A DNA stretch of 32,000 bases from Longivirga aurantiaca (GTDB lineage: Bacteria; Actinomycetota; Actinomycetes; S36-B12; CAIYMF01): positions 840,001-872,000 of the forward strand of contig NZ_JBHSTI010000008.1 of NCBI RefSeq assembly GCF_042660085.1. The letters are read 5' to 3'. Of this stretch, positions 14,656 to 22,130 are shown piece after piece (within the stretch, counting starts at the first letter, position 1; each line of letters starts with the position of its first letter). Position numbers and translations under genes: made by a program. The notes under the pieces are model-generated. The model searched no databases and was not told the DNA's origin. It was given only the letters and a program-made list of their open reading frames with translations.

Positions 14656-16223
14656 TGGTCGAGACCATGTTCGAGATGCCGCTCGACCCCGCCGGTGTGC
14701 CGCGCGGCCGGGCCATGGTCGAGCGCGCCGAGTGGGCGGCCCGCGCGTTCGCGTCGTACGACGCCGCCACGGTGCAGCGCATCGTCGACGCCGCTGCCGG
14801 TGCGGGCGCCGCCCACGCGAAGGAGCTCGCCGAGGAGGCCGTGCGCGAGACCGGGTTCGGCGTGGCCGAGCACAAGCTGCTCAAGAACCTCGCGTGCTCG
14901 CGCGGGATCGCCGAGCTCTACAGGGCGGCCGACTACGTCGACGTCGTGGTCGACGCCGACGCGAAGATCGTGTCGGTGCCGCGCCCGGCCGGTGTGGTGC
15001 TCGCGCTGACGCCGTCGACCAACCCTGTCGCGACCGTCTTCTTCAAGACCCTGCTCGCGCTGCTGACGCGCAACGCCATCGTGATCTGCCCGCACCCTTA
15101 CGCCAAGGAGGTGTGCGCCAAGGCGGCGCGCATCATGTCCGAGGCCGCCGTGGCCGCGGGAGCCCCCGACGGCTGCATCCAGGTGGTCGAGGAGCCGTCG
15201 ATCCCGCTCGTCAACGCGCTCATGACCGACCCGCGCACCGACGTCATCGTGGCGACCGGCGGCTCGGCGATGGTGCGCTCGGCGTACCGCAGCGGCAACC
15301 CCGCCATCGGCGTGGGGCCCGGCAACGTGCCGGTGCTCGTCGACGCCTCCGCCGACCTCGCCGCGGCCGCCAAGCGGATCGTCGACAGCAAGGCGTTCGA
15401 CAACTCGATCCTGTGCACCAACGAGAGCGTGCTCGTGGTCGAGAAGGCGGTCGCGAAGCAGCTGGTGAGCCAGCTCGAGCGCGCGGGCGCGCACCTGCTG
15501 GCCCCCGACGAGCGCGACCGTGTGCGCGACCTGATCTTCCCCGGCGGCCACTTCGACACCGCGTGGGTGGGCAAGGACGCCACCGACATCGCGAAGGCCG
15601 CCGGCGTGCGTGTGGGGCCGCGCACCCGGATCCTGCTCGCGCCGTTCGACCTCGTCGTGCCCGAGGAGCCGCTCGCGCACGAGAAGCTCTGCCCGGTGCT
15701 CGGCATGGTGGTGGTCGAGACGGCCGCCCGCGGCATCGACGCCGCCCGCGCGGTCCTGCGCATCACGGGCGAGGGTCACTCGGCCGCGATCCACAGCACC
15801 GACGCGCGCACGATCATGGAGTTCTCCGCGGCGGTCCGCGTGCTGCGCGTGTCGGTCAACGTCGGCAACAGCCTCGGCAGCTCGGGTCTCGAGACCAACC
15901 TCGCGCCCTCGATGACGATCGGCACCGGCTTCTTCGGCCGCTCGTCGGTGGGCGAGAACCTCGAGCCCAAGCACCTCGTCAACTGGACGCGCATGGCGTG
16001 GAACGCCGACTCCTCGGTGCGGATGCCCGACCTCGCCGCGCTCACCCCGTGGCACGCGCCCGACGGCCCGGTGCCGGCGTACCCGCGGGCGTCCAACGAC
16101 GGAGGGTCGCCGCTCGTGCCGTCGCCCACGACGGACATCGCGGTCGAGGGCGCGCCGGACAACCTGCGCGACGAGATCCGCCGGCTCATCATCGAAGAGC
16201 TCAACGCGATCGTGCGGGGCTGA
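14655..16223 (+). CDS. CoA-acylating aldehyde dehydrogenase (PduP/EutE-like) with C-terminal extension
   Basis: The ATG overlaps the upstream stop (TGATG). LTPSTNP, ATGGSAMV, GVGPGNVPV, the catalytic-Cys block FDNSILCTNES and HEKLCPVLG are present. A ~70-aa Pro-rich tail ends in DNLRDEIRRLIIEELNAIVRG. Confidence 0.85.
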   Translation: MVETMFEMPLDPAGVPRGRAMVERAEWAARAFASYDAATVQRIVDAAAGAGAAHAKELAEEAVRETGFGVAEHKLLKNLACSRGIAELYRAADYVDVVVDADAKIVSVPRPAGVVLALTPSTNPVATVFFKTLLALLTRNAIVICPHPYAKEVCAKAARIMSEAAVAAGAPDGCIQVVEEPSIPLVNALMTDPRTDVIVATGGSAMVRSAYRSGNPAIGVGPGNVPVLVDASADLAAAAKRIVDSKAFDNSILCTNESVLVVEKAVAKQLVSQLERAGAHLLAPDERDRVRDLIFPGGHFDTAWVGKDATDIAKAAGVRVGPRTRILLAPFDLVVPEEPLAHEKLCPVLGMVVVETAARGIDAARAVLRITGEGHSAAIHSTDARTIMEFSAAVRVLRVSVNVGNSLGSSGLETNLAPSMTIGTGFFGRSSVGENLEPKHLVNWTRMAWNADSSVRMPDLAALTPWHAPDGPVPAYPRASNDGGSPLVPSPTTDIAVEGAPDNLRDEIRRLIIEELNAIVRG

Positions 16224-16226
16224 CCT

Positions 16227-16829
16227 GTGGCCGAGCTCCGTTCGTTCATCTTCCTCGACCGTCTGCAGCCGCAGACCATGAGCTACATGGGCTCGACGGT
16301 CAAGGGCGCCCTGCCGCGCGCCGACATGGCCTCGCTGATCATCGAGGTGGCGCCCGGTCTCGACATCGAGCCGCTGACCGACGTCGCGCTGAAGTACGCC
16401 GAGGTGCAGGCGGGCATCCTCGTGGTCGAGCGGCAGTACGGCTACCTCGAGGTGCACGGCCCCACCGGCCAGGTGAAGGCCGCGGGCGACGCCGTCCTGC
16501 AGGCCCTCGGCGCGGACCCCGACCAGGCGACGAGGCCGCAGGTGCTCGCCTCGCGGATCGTGACGATGCTCGACCGCCAGCACGCGTTCCTCATCAACCG
16601 CAACAAGGCGGGATCGATGGCGCTGCCGGGCGAGTCGCTGTTCGTGCTCGAGATGGCGCCGGCGTCGTACGCGATCCTCGCCACCAACGAGGCCGAGAAG
16701 GCCGCGGCGATCAAGGTCGTGGACTTCCGCATGATCGGTGCGACGGGCCGGGTGTACCTGTCGGGCAAGGAGAGCGACGTCCGCCAGGCGGCCGATGCCG
16801 CCGAGGCTGCCCTGCGGGCGGCACGATGA
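16227..16829 (+). CDS. BMC shell protein, tandem BMC-domain type (BMC-T), paralog 1
   Basis: GTG start. Two BMC-like halves are visible: [43 protein letters not shown], and ESLFVLEMAPASYAILATNEAEKAAAIKVVDFRMIGATGRVYLSGKESDVRQAADAAEAAL. The latter aligns with the PduA-type fold. Confidence 0.8.
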   Translation: MAELRSFIFLDRLQPQTMSYMGSTVKGALPRADMASLIIEVAPGLDIEPLTDVALKYAEVQAGILVVERQYGYLEVHGPTGQVKAAGDAVLQALGADPDQATRPQVLASRIVTMLDRQHAFLINRNKAGSMALPGESLFVLEMAPASYAILATNEAEKAAAIKVVDFRMIGATGRVYLSGKESDVRQAADAAEAALRAAR

Positions 16830-17266
16830 GCAGTCTCGACGGGACCGAGCGGGACCTCCTGCGCCAGATGGTGCGCCAGGTCCTGCTGGAGGTCGTGCCC
16901 CAGACGATGGCCGCGGCATCCGCGTCCGCGAGCGCGTCCGACGAGAGCGTCGTGCTGACCAACGACGCCGAGCTCGAGGCGTTCGTGCGCCGGGTCGCGG
17001 TGCTCTGCGAGGACCCGGCCGAGCGCGAGGCGCTGCGCAGCGGGAGCCGTCGCTTCCGTCTGGCCGGCCACCCGGCGCCGTCCACATCCGCTCCCGCCCC
17101 CGCAGCCGCGGTGGTCCGGGTCGACAAGGGGGCCGTCACCGAGCGGCACGTGCGCGAGGCGGCGGCTGCGGGCGCCGACCTCGTCCTGGGACGAGGCGCC
17201 GTCCTGACTCCGCTCGCGCGCGACCGCGCGCGGGCTGCGGGCGTCCGGATCACGAAGGAGAAGTGA
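16826..17266 (+). CDS. BMC-associated hypothetical protein with N-terminal encapsulation-peptide-like amphipathic helix
   Basis: ATGA overlaps at both ends. The N-terminus TERDLLRQMVRQVLLEVV resembles the PduD/PduP targeting helices. Ala/Ser (AAASASASAS) and Pro/Ala/Ser linkers follow. The C-terminal module reads GAVTERHVREAAAAGADLVLGRGAVLTPLARDRARAAGVRI. Confidence 0.6.
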   Translation: MSSLDGTERDLLRQMVRQVLLEVVPQTMAAASASASASDESVVLTNDAELEAFVRRVAVLCEDPAEREALRSGSRRFRLAGHPAPSTSAPAPAAAVVRVDKGAVTERHVREAAAAGADLVLGRGAVLTPLARDRARAAGVRITKEK

Positions 17267-17520
17267 TGCTGCGCGGACGGGTGATCGGGAACGTGTGGGC
17301 CAGCCGGAGGCTGGACGAGATCCCTTCAGGCGCGTTCCTGGAGGTGCAGATCGAGGGTGGCGCGACGCTCATCGCGTTCGACGTCCTCGGCAGCGGGATC
17401 GGGGAGTCCGTGCTCGTGTCCACGGGGTCGGTCGCGGCCTCATGGTTCCCGGGCGCCGCGCCCCCGATCGACGCGCTCATCATCGGCTCCATCGACGAGA
17501 CAGCAGGCGCGCAGCAGTAG
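17266..17520 (+). CDS. BMC vertex pentamer protein (BMC-P; EutN/CcmL/PduN family)
   Basis: MLRGRVIGNVWASRRLDEIPSGAFLEV...AFDVLGSGIGESVLVSTGSVAA...IDALIIGSIDE matches the EutN/CcmL pattern. It is 84 aa long. Confidence 0.85.
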   Translation: MLRGRVIGNVWASRRLDEIPSGAFLEVQIEGGATLIAFDVLGSGIGESVLVSTGSVAASWFPGAAPPIDALIIGSIDETAGAQQ

Positions 17521-17538
17521 CTGGCGCCCCATCAGCCC

Positions 17539-17558
17539 CCACGCCGTCCGCGGCGTGG
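17539..17558 (+). other. Intra-operon hairpin between the BMC-P and BMC-H genes
   Basis: CCACGCCG-tccg-CGGCGTGG (8-bp stem) lies in the longest gap (57 nt) of an otherwise mostly overlapping operon. A strong SD GAGGAGG for BMC-H follows. Confidence 0.3.
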
Positions 17559-17577
17559 TCAACGAGGAGGAACATCC

Positions 17578-17862
17578 ATGTCGAACAACGCGATCGGTCT
17601 CATCGAGACCAAGGGCTACGTCGCCGCGCTCGCCGCCGCGGACGCGATGGTGAAGGCCGCCAACGTCGTCATCGTCAGCCGCGACTCGGTCGGCAGCGGC
17701 CTCGTGGCCGTGACGATCGTCGGCGACGTCGGCGCCGTGAAGGCGGCCACCGAGGCCGGCGCCGAGACGGCGTCGTCGGTCGGCGAGCTCGTGTCGGTGC
17801 ACGTCATCCCGCGCCCGCACGTCGAGCTCAGCAAGCACTTCACGGTCAGCGGCGACGCGTGA
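17578..17862 (+). CDS. BMC shell hexamer protein (BMC-H; PduA/EutM-like)
   Basis: [33 protein letters not shown]...[25 protein letters not shown]...VHVIPRPH is the canonical Pfam BMC-domain signature. Confidence 0.95.
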   Translation: MSNNAIGLIETKGYVAALAAADAMVKAANVVIVSRDSVGSGLVAVTIVGDVGAVKAATEAGAETASSVGELVSVHVIPRPHVELSKHFTVSGDA

Positions 17863-18509
17863 GCTCGGCCCCGATCGCGGGGCCGGAGCTGCGTGTCTAC
17901 CTGCTGATCGAGGACCTGCAGCAGCAGTTCGCGGCGTACCTCGGTACGCCGACGCGAGCACGCGGCTACCCGCCGTACGCCGGGCAGCACGCGCTCATCA
18001 TCGAGGTCGCACCAGGCCTCGCCATCGAGCGCGTGACGCACCAGGCGCTGACGTCGGTGCCCGACATCGAGCCGGGCATCCTGTTCGTCGAGCGTCAGTT
18101 CGGCGTGCTCGAGGTGCACGCGTCGTCGCTCGACGACGTGCTGCGCGCGGGCGAGGCGATCCTCGACGGCCTGGGCGCGGAGCCGGCCCACCAGCTGGCG
18201 CCGCGCGTGCTGTACCACGACGTCATCGAGGACGTCACCGACATGCACGCGGTCATCATCAACCGCAACCGGCAGGCCTCGATGCTGCTGCCGGGGCAGT
18301 CGCTGCTCGTGTACGAGATGACGCCGGCGCTGTTCGCGGCCGTCGCGGCCAACGAGGCCGAGAAGGTCGCGCCGGAGAACACCCTCGTCGACGTGCAGAT
18401 GATCGGCGCCGCCGGTCGCGTGTACATCGGCGGCACCACCGAGGGCGTCATGAAGGCGCGCGACGCGATCACCCGGGTCCTCGGGTCGATCGAGGGCCGC
18501 GGCCACTAA
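17859..18509 (+). CDS. BMC shell protein, tandem BMC-domain type (BMC-T), paralog 2
   Basis: The GTG overlaps the BMC-H stop (GTGA). It aligns by eye with 16227-16829: ELR..., [12 protein letters not shown](F/V)VERQ(F/Y)G.LEVH, (I/L)INRN, NEAEK, MIGA(A/T)GRVY. Confidence 0.8.
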   Translation: MSSAPIAGPELRVYLLIEDLQQQFAAYLGTPTRARGYPPYAGQHALIIEVAPGLAIERVTHQALTSVPDIEPGILFVERQFGVLEVHASSLDDVLRAGEAILDGLGAEPAHQLAPRVLYHDVIEDVTDMHAVIINRNRQASMLLPGQSLLVYEMTPALFAAVAANEAEKVAPENTLVDVQMIGAAGRVYIGGTTEGVMKARDAITRVLGSIEGRGH

Positions 18510-18548
18510 CCTCCAGCACCACGGGCGTTCCAGCCGCACGACGAGTCG

Positions 18549-19541
18549 ATGGGAGAGCGAGTGAGCACGGAGCTCGACACCGAGCACCTCGAGGTCTTCG
18601 CGCGCGGCGCGGCGGCCGAGCACGGGATGCCCGACGCGGAGATCACGCTGCTCAACGTGTCGGAGAACGCGACCTACCGCGTCGACTCGGCCGACGGCCG
18701 TCGGCTGGTCCTCCGCGTGCACCGCACCGGCTACCACACGCGCGAGGCGATCGAGAGCGAGCTCGCCTGGATCAGGGCGCTGCGCGCCGACGGTGTGGTG
18801 CACACGGCCCCCGTGATCGCGACCCCGGACGGCCGCGACATCGTCGTCGTTCGCCACCCCGGCGGCGAGGAGCGCAACGTCGTCGCGTTCGAGTGGATGA
18901 ACGGCACCGAGCCGCCGGAGGACAGGCTCGTCGACGACTTCCGCGAGCTCGGGGCCATCGCCGCGAGGCTGCACCGGCATGCCCGGCAGTGGGTGCGCCC
19001 GCCCGGGTTCACCCGGTTCCGCTGGGACTTCGACACCTCTCTCGGGGCGAACGGGCACTGGGGGCGCTGGCAGGACGGCATGGGCATGGGCCCGGCCGAG
19101 CTCGACGTGCTCGGCCGTGCCGCCGACCTCGTGCAGCGGCGGCTCGCCGCCTTCGGCACGGGTCCGGACCGGTTCGGCCTCGTGCACGCGGACATGCGCC
19201 TCGCCAACCTGCTCGTCGACGGCAGCAGCGTGTGCGTGATCGACTTCGACGACTGCGGCCTGTCCTGGTACCTCTACGACCTGGGCTCGTCGCTGTCGTT
19301 CATCGAGCACCTGCCGGTGGTGCCCGAGCTGGTCGACTCGTGGATCACCGGCTACCGCACCGAGGGCACGCTGTCGCAGGAGGAGGTCGACGAGCTGCCG
19401 ACCTTCATCATGCTGCGCCGGCTCCTGCTGGTGGCCTGGATCGGCTCGCACTCCGCCGTCCCCGAGGCTCAGCGGATGGGCCCGGAGTTCACCACCGTCT
19501 CCTGCGACCTCGCCGAGAAGTACCTCGTCCAGCACGGCTGA
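18549..19541 (+). CDS. Aminoglycoside-phosphotransferase (APH/ChoK) family kinase; in this context probably an amino-alcohol (1-amino-2-propanol) kinase
   Basis: The kinase catalytic loop [15 protein letters not shown] and the metal-binding VIDFDDCG are present. GTG at 18561 is an alternative start. Substrate is inferred from locus type. Confidence 0.8.
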   Translation: MGERVSTELDTEHLEVFARGAAAEHGMPDAEITLLNVSENATYRVDSADGRRLVLRVHRTGYHTREAIESELAWIRALRADGVVHTAPVIATPDGRDIVVVRHPGGEERNVVAFEWMNGTEPPEDRLVDDFRELGAIAARLHRHARQWVRPPGFTRFRWDFDTSLGANGHWGRWQDGMGMGPAELDVLGRAADLVQRRLAAFGTGPDRFGLVHADMRLANLLVDGSSVCVIDFDDCGLSWYLYDLGSSLSFIEHLPVVPELVDSWITGYRTEGTLSQEEVDELPTFIMLRRLLLVAWIGSHSAVPEAQRMGPEFTTVSCDLAEKYLVQHG

Positions 19542-19557
19542 CCCGCCCGGAGGATCC

Positions 19558-20346
19558 ATGTTCAGCTCCATCGCCGGCCGCTCCGTCATCGTCACCGGTG
19601 GCACCAAGGGGATCGGCAAGGGCATCGCCCGCGTCTTCGCCCGCGCCGGCGCCAACGTCCTCATCACCGGCCGGAACGAGGCCGACGCAGCCGCCTGCGC
19701 GGAGGAGCTCACGGCGCTGGGCGGCGGCACGGTCACGTACGTGCTCGGCGACGTCGCGTCCGCCGCCTCGTGCGCGGAGATGGCGGCCACGGCGGTCGAG
19801 CGCAACGGCGGCATCGACGTGCTCTGCGCGAACGCCGGCATCTTCCCCGACTCCAAGCTCGCCACCATGACCGAGGCCGACATGGATCTCGTCTTCGGCA
19901 CCAACATCAAGGGCACGCTGCTGTCGGTGCAGGCGTGCATCCCCGCGCTCACGGCGTCGGGCCGCGGCCGGGTGATCCTCACCTCGTCGATCACGGGGCC
20001 GATCACCGGCTACCCGGGCTGGTCGCACTACGGAGCCAGCAAGGCCGCGCAGCTGGGCTTCATGCGCACGGCCGCGATCGAGCTCGCACCGCGCAAGATC
20101 ACCGTGAACGCCGTGCTTCCCGGCAACGTCGCGACCGAGGGGCTTGCCGAGCTCGGTGCCGACTACCGCGCCTCGATGGAGGCGACGATCCCCATGAAGG
20201 CGCTCGGCGAGGTCGACGACATCGGCAACGCCGCGCTGTTCTTCGCCACCGACGAGGCGGGCTACATCACCGGCCAGGCGCTCGCGGTCGACGGCGGCCA
20301 GGTGCTGCCCGAGTCGCTCGCGGCGCTGGAGGCCGCGGCCGACTAG
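19558..20346 (+). CDS. Short-chain dehydrogenase/reductase (SDR), FabG-like
   Basis: ATG follows [21 protein letters not shown] (TGxxxGxG), NAGI and the catalytic YGASKAA (YxxxK) are present. Confidence 0.9.
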   Translation: MFSSIAGRSVIVTGGTKGIGKGIARVFARAGANVLITGRNEADAAACAEELTALGGGTVTYVLGDVASAASCAEMAATAVERNGGIDVLCANAGIFPDSKLATMTEADMDLVFGTNIKGTLLSVQACIPALTASGRGRVILTSSITGPITGYPGWSHYGASKAAQLGFMRTAAIELAPRKITVNAVLPGNVATEGLAELGADYRASMEATIPMKALGEVDDIGNAALFFATDEAGYITGQALAVDGGQVLPESLAALEAAAD

Positions 20347-20387
20347 AGGCCGTACCGTGGTCGAACCGACGCCGCCCAGGGGGTGAG

Positions 20388-21185
20388 ATGACCGAGACCG
20401 ACGCCCTGCTGGGGCCCACGGCCGACGAGGCGCGTCGCAACATCGTCCGGCTCATCACCTCCGGTGCCCTGCGGCCGGGCCAGCGGCTCGGCGCCGAGCG
20501 CGACCTCGCGGTGCAGCTCGGCGTCAGCAGGTCCACCCTGCGCGCGGCGCTCGCGTCGCTCGAGCAGGACGGGCTGGTGCGCCGGGTGCCGGGCCGCGGA
20601 GGCGGCACGTTCGTCGCGCGGGAGAAGATCGACCGCGACCTCTCGCGCATCGTGGGCGTACCGGCCCTGCTGCGCGACCAGGGCTACACCGCGGGGTCGC
20701 GGGTGGTCAGCGGCGCGGTCGTCCCGCCTGACGCGGACGCCGCGGCTGCGCTCGCACTGCCGCCGGACTCGTTCGTCGTCGACCTCGTCCGCATCCGCCT
20801 CGCGGACGGCAGCCCGATCTCGCTGGAGCACGCGCGGTTCCCCGCCGAGCGGTTCCCGGGGCTGCTCGAGCGTCCGCTGGGCGGCTCGCTGTACCAGCTG
20901 CTCGAGAAGGACTACGGCGTCGGCCCGCATCAGGCCGTCGAGAGGCTCGAGGTGGTGTCGGCCTCGGACGACGAGGCCCGGGTGCTCGGCGTCGCACCCG
21001 GTGCGCCGCTCATCTCGATCACCCGCACCACCGTGGACGCGGACGGGGAGCCGTTCGAGTACTCGCACGACCTCTTCCGGGCCGACCGCACCCGCATCAC
21101 CGTGCGGACGTCGGGCGCGCCGGCCGGGGCCGGGCAGGACGCCACCCGCGGCCGCCTCGTCGAGGTCCGCGAGAACATGGCCTGA
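20388..21185 (+). CDS. GntR-family transcriptional regulator, HutC subfamily (wHTH + UTRA effector domain)
   Basis: The GntR wHTH reads LRPGQRLGAERDLAVQLGVSRSTLRAALASLEQDGLVRRVPGRGGGTFVA. The C-terminal half (ISLEHARFPAERFPGL, YSHDLFRADRTRI) has a UTRA-like pattern. Confidence 0.85.
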   Translation: MTETDALLGPTADEARRNIVRLITSGALRPGQRLGAERDLAVQLGVSRSTLRAALASLEQDGLVRRVPGRGGGTFVAREKIDRDLSRIVGVPALLRDQGYTAGSRVVSGAVVPPDADAAAALALPPDSFVVDLVRIRLADGSPISLEHARFPAERFPGLLERPLGGSLYQLLEKDYGVGPHQAVERLEVVSASDDEARVLGVAPGAPLISITRTTVDADGEPFEYSHDLFRADRTRITVRTSGAPAGAGQDATRGRLVEVRENMA

Positions 21186-21251
21186 CCCCGGCGGTCGGTG
21201 CGAGCATCGGGGCGCGGCGTACGGCGGGTCGCTCCCGCCGAGGCAGGAGCG

Positions 21252-21710
21252 CTACGGAGCGGCCGTGATGGCCGCGGCGACCGCCGGCGAGATGTCGACG
21301 AGCGCATCGGCCTCGGGCGCGTACTCGTCAGGAACGCTGACCTCGACGTTGAGCTCGCGGCCCACCGTGGTGAACAGGTAGCCGCGCTCGAGCGGCTCCG
21401 GCAGCCAGTCGACGCCGTCGACGGTGATGAGCTGCGAGGTCGGCCCGAGGGCCGCCGGGACGGGGACGCCGCAGCGCACCACGATCGCCGGGTCGCCCCA
21501 CGCGGCGGTGAACGAGCTGCGGGGGTCGACGGCCGTCACCGTCTGACCCACGACCTCGTCCGGGAGGTTGCTCTTGAAGTTGGCGCACGCGTAGGCGCCG
21601 GCCCCCTCGGGGAGGGGGTCGGGCAGCGGGACGGCGAGCCCTCGGGAGCAGCCGGTGAGCACCAGCACGGACGCGGCAGCGGCGATGCCGCCGACGAGCC
21701 TCCTGCCCAC
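21252..21710 (-). CDS. Putative lipoprotein, DUF3515-like (conserved ddl-thiL neighbourhood protein)
   Basis: A GTG at 21708-21710 gives VGRRLVGGIAAAASVLVLTGCS, a signal peptide plus lipobox. The family call rests on position and on my recollection of actinobacterial synteny. The start is uncertain. Confidence 0.5.
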   Translation of the reverse strand: MGRRLVGGIAAAASVLVLTGCSRGLAVPLPDPLPEGAGAYACANFKSNLPDEVVGQTVTAVDPRSSFTAAWGDPAIVVRCGVPVPAALGPTSQLITVDGVDWLPEPLERGYLFTTVGRELNVEVSVPDEYAPEADALVDISPAVAAAITAAP

Positions 21711-21721
21711 GACTGCCGGGA

Positions 21722-21958
21722 TCAGAGGTGGACGACGGGGCAGGTGAGGGTGCGGGTGATGCCCTCGACCGCCTGGATGCGCGCCACGACGAGCTTGCCG
21801 AGCTCGTCGACGCTGCGCGCCTCGGCGCGCACGATGACGTCGTACGGGCCGGTGACGTCCTCGGCCTGCGTGACGCCCTTGATCTGGGCGATCTCGGCGG
21901 CCACGTGGGCCGCCTTGCCGACCTCGGTCTGGATGAGGATGTAGGCCTGTACCACCAT
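21722..21958 (-). CDS. Small Lrp/AsnC ligand-binding-domain-only protein (78 aa)
   Basis: ATG follows GAGGAGG. MVVQAYILIQTEVGKAAHVAAEIAQIKGVTQAEDVTGPYDVIVRAEARSVDELGKLVVARIQAVEGITRTLTCPVV has the AsnC-type beta-alpha-beta-beta-alpha-beta pattern. Confidence 0.7.
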   Translation of the reverse strand: MVVQAYILIQTEVGKAAHVAAEIAQIKGVTQAEDVTGPYDVIVRAEARSVDELGKLVVARIQAVEGITRTLTCPVVHL

Positions 21959-22130
21959 GGTCGTCCTCCTCGGTCGGATGCTGGTGCGGACGGGGGACGT
22001 GCGACCTGGTGCCACCCCGTGGATCGTGCGGTCCCGCGCCTGTGCAGGGCCGCAGGGCGACACTAGCGCCAGGGTGAGCCGCTCGGAGAACGGGTACGGG
22101 ACCCTCCCGCCGGACGTGAAGGAGAACACA

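Noticed and set aside
14481-17087. 868-aa minus-strand ORF opposite the aldehyde dehydrogenase and shell genes
   Set aside because: It is an Arg/Gly/Asp/His-rich shadow frame with no motifs. The plus strand carries unambiguous AldDH and BMC genes.
17616-20006. 796-aa minus-strand ORF opposite BMC-H/BMC-T/kinase/SDR
   Set aside because: This is the same shadow-ORF pattern. The plus-strand products have canonical signatures.
21222-21240. Small hairpin CGGCGGG-tcgct-CCCGCCG between the convergent GntR and DUF3515-like genes
   Set aside because: A 7-bp GC stem with no flanking T-tract is plausible as a bidirectional terminator. It is not distinguishable from background, so I did not list it as a feature.
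5470-21251. Possibility that the BMC island is a recognisable mobile element or genomic island with att sites
   Set aside because: By eye I found no integrase, transposase or tRNA gene. There are no direct repeats at the two borders and no obvious GC or codon-usage shift. The insertion is inferred from synteny only.
21959-22130. TPP riboswitch upstream of thiL
   Set aside because: No CUGAGA / ACCUGAUCUGGAUAAUGCCAGCG-like conserved elements are visible. The region more likely holds divergent promoters for thiL and the AsnC-like gene.
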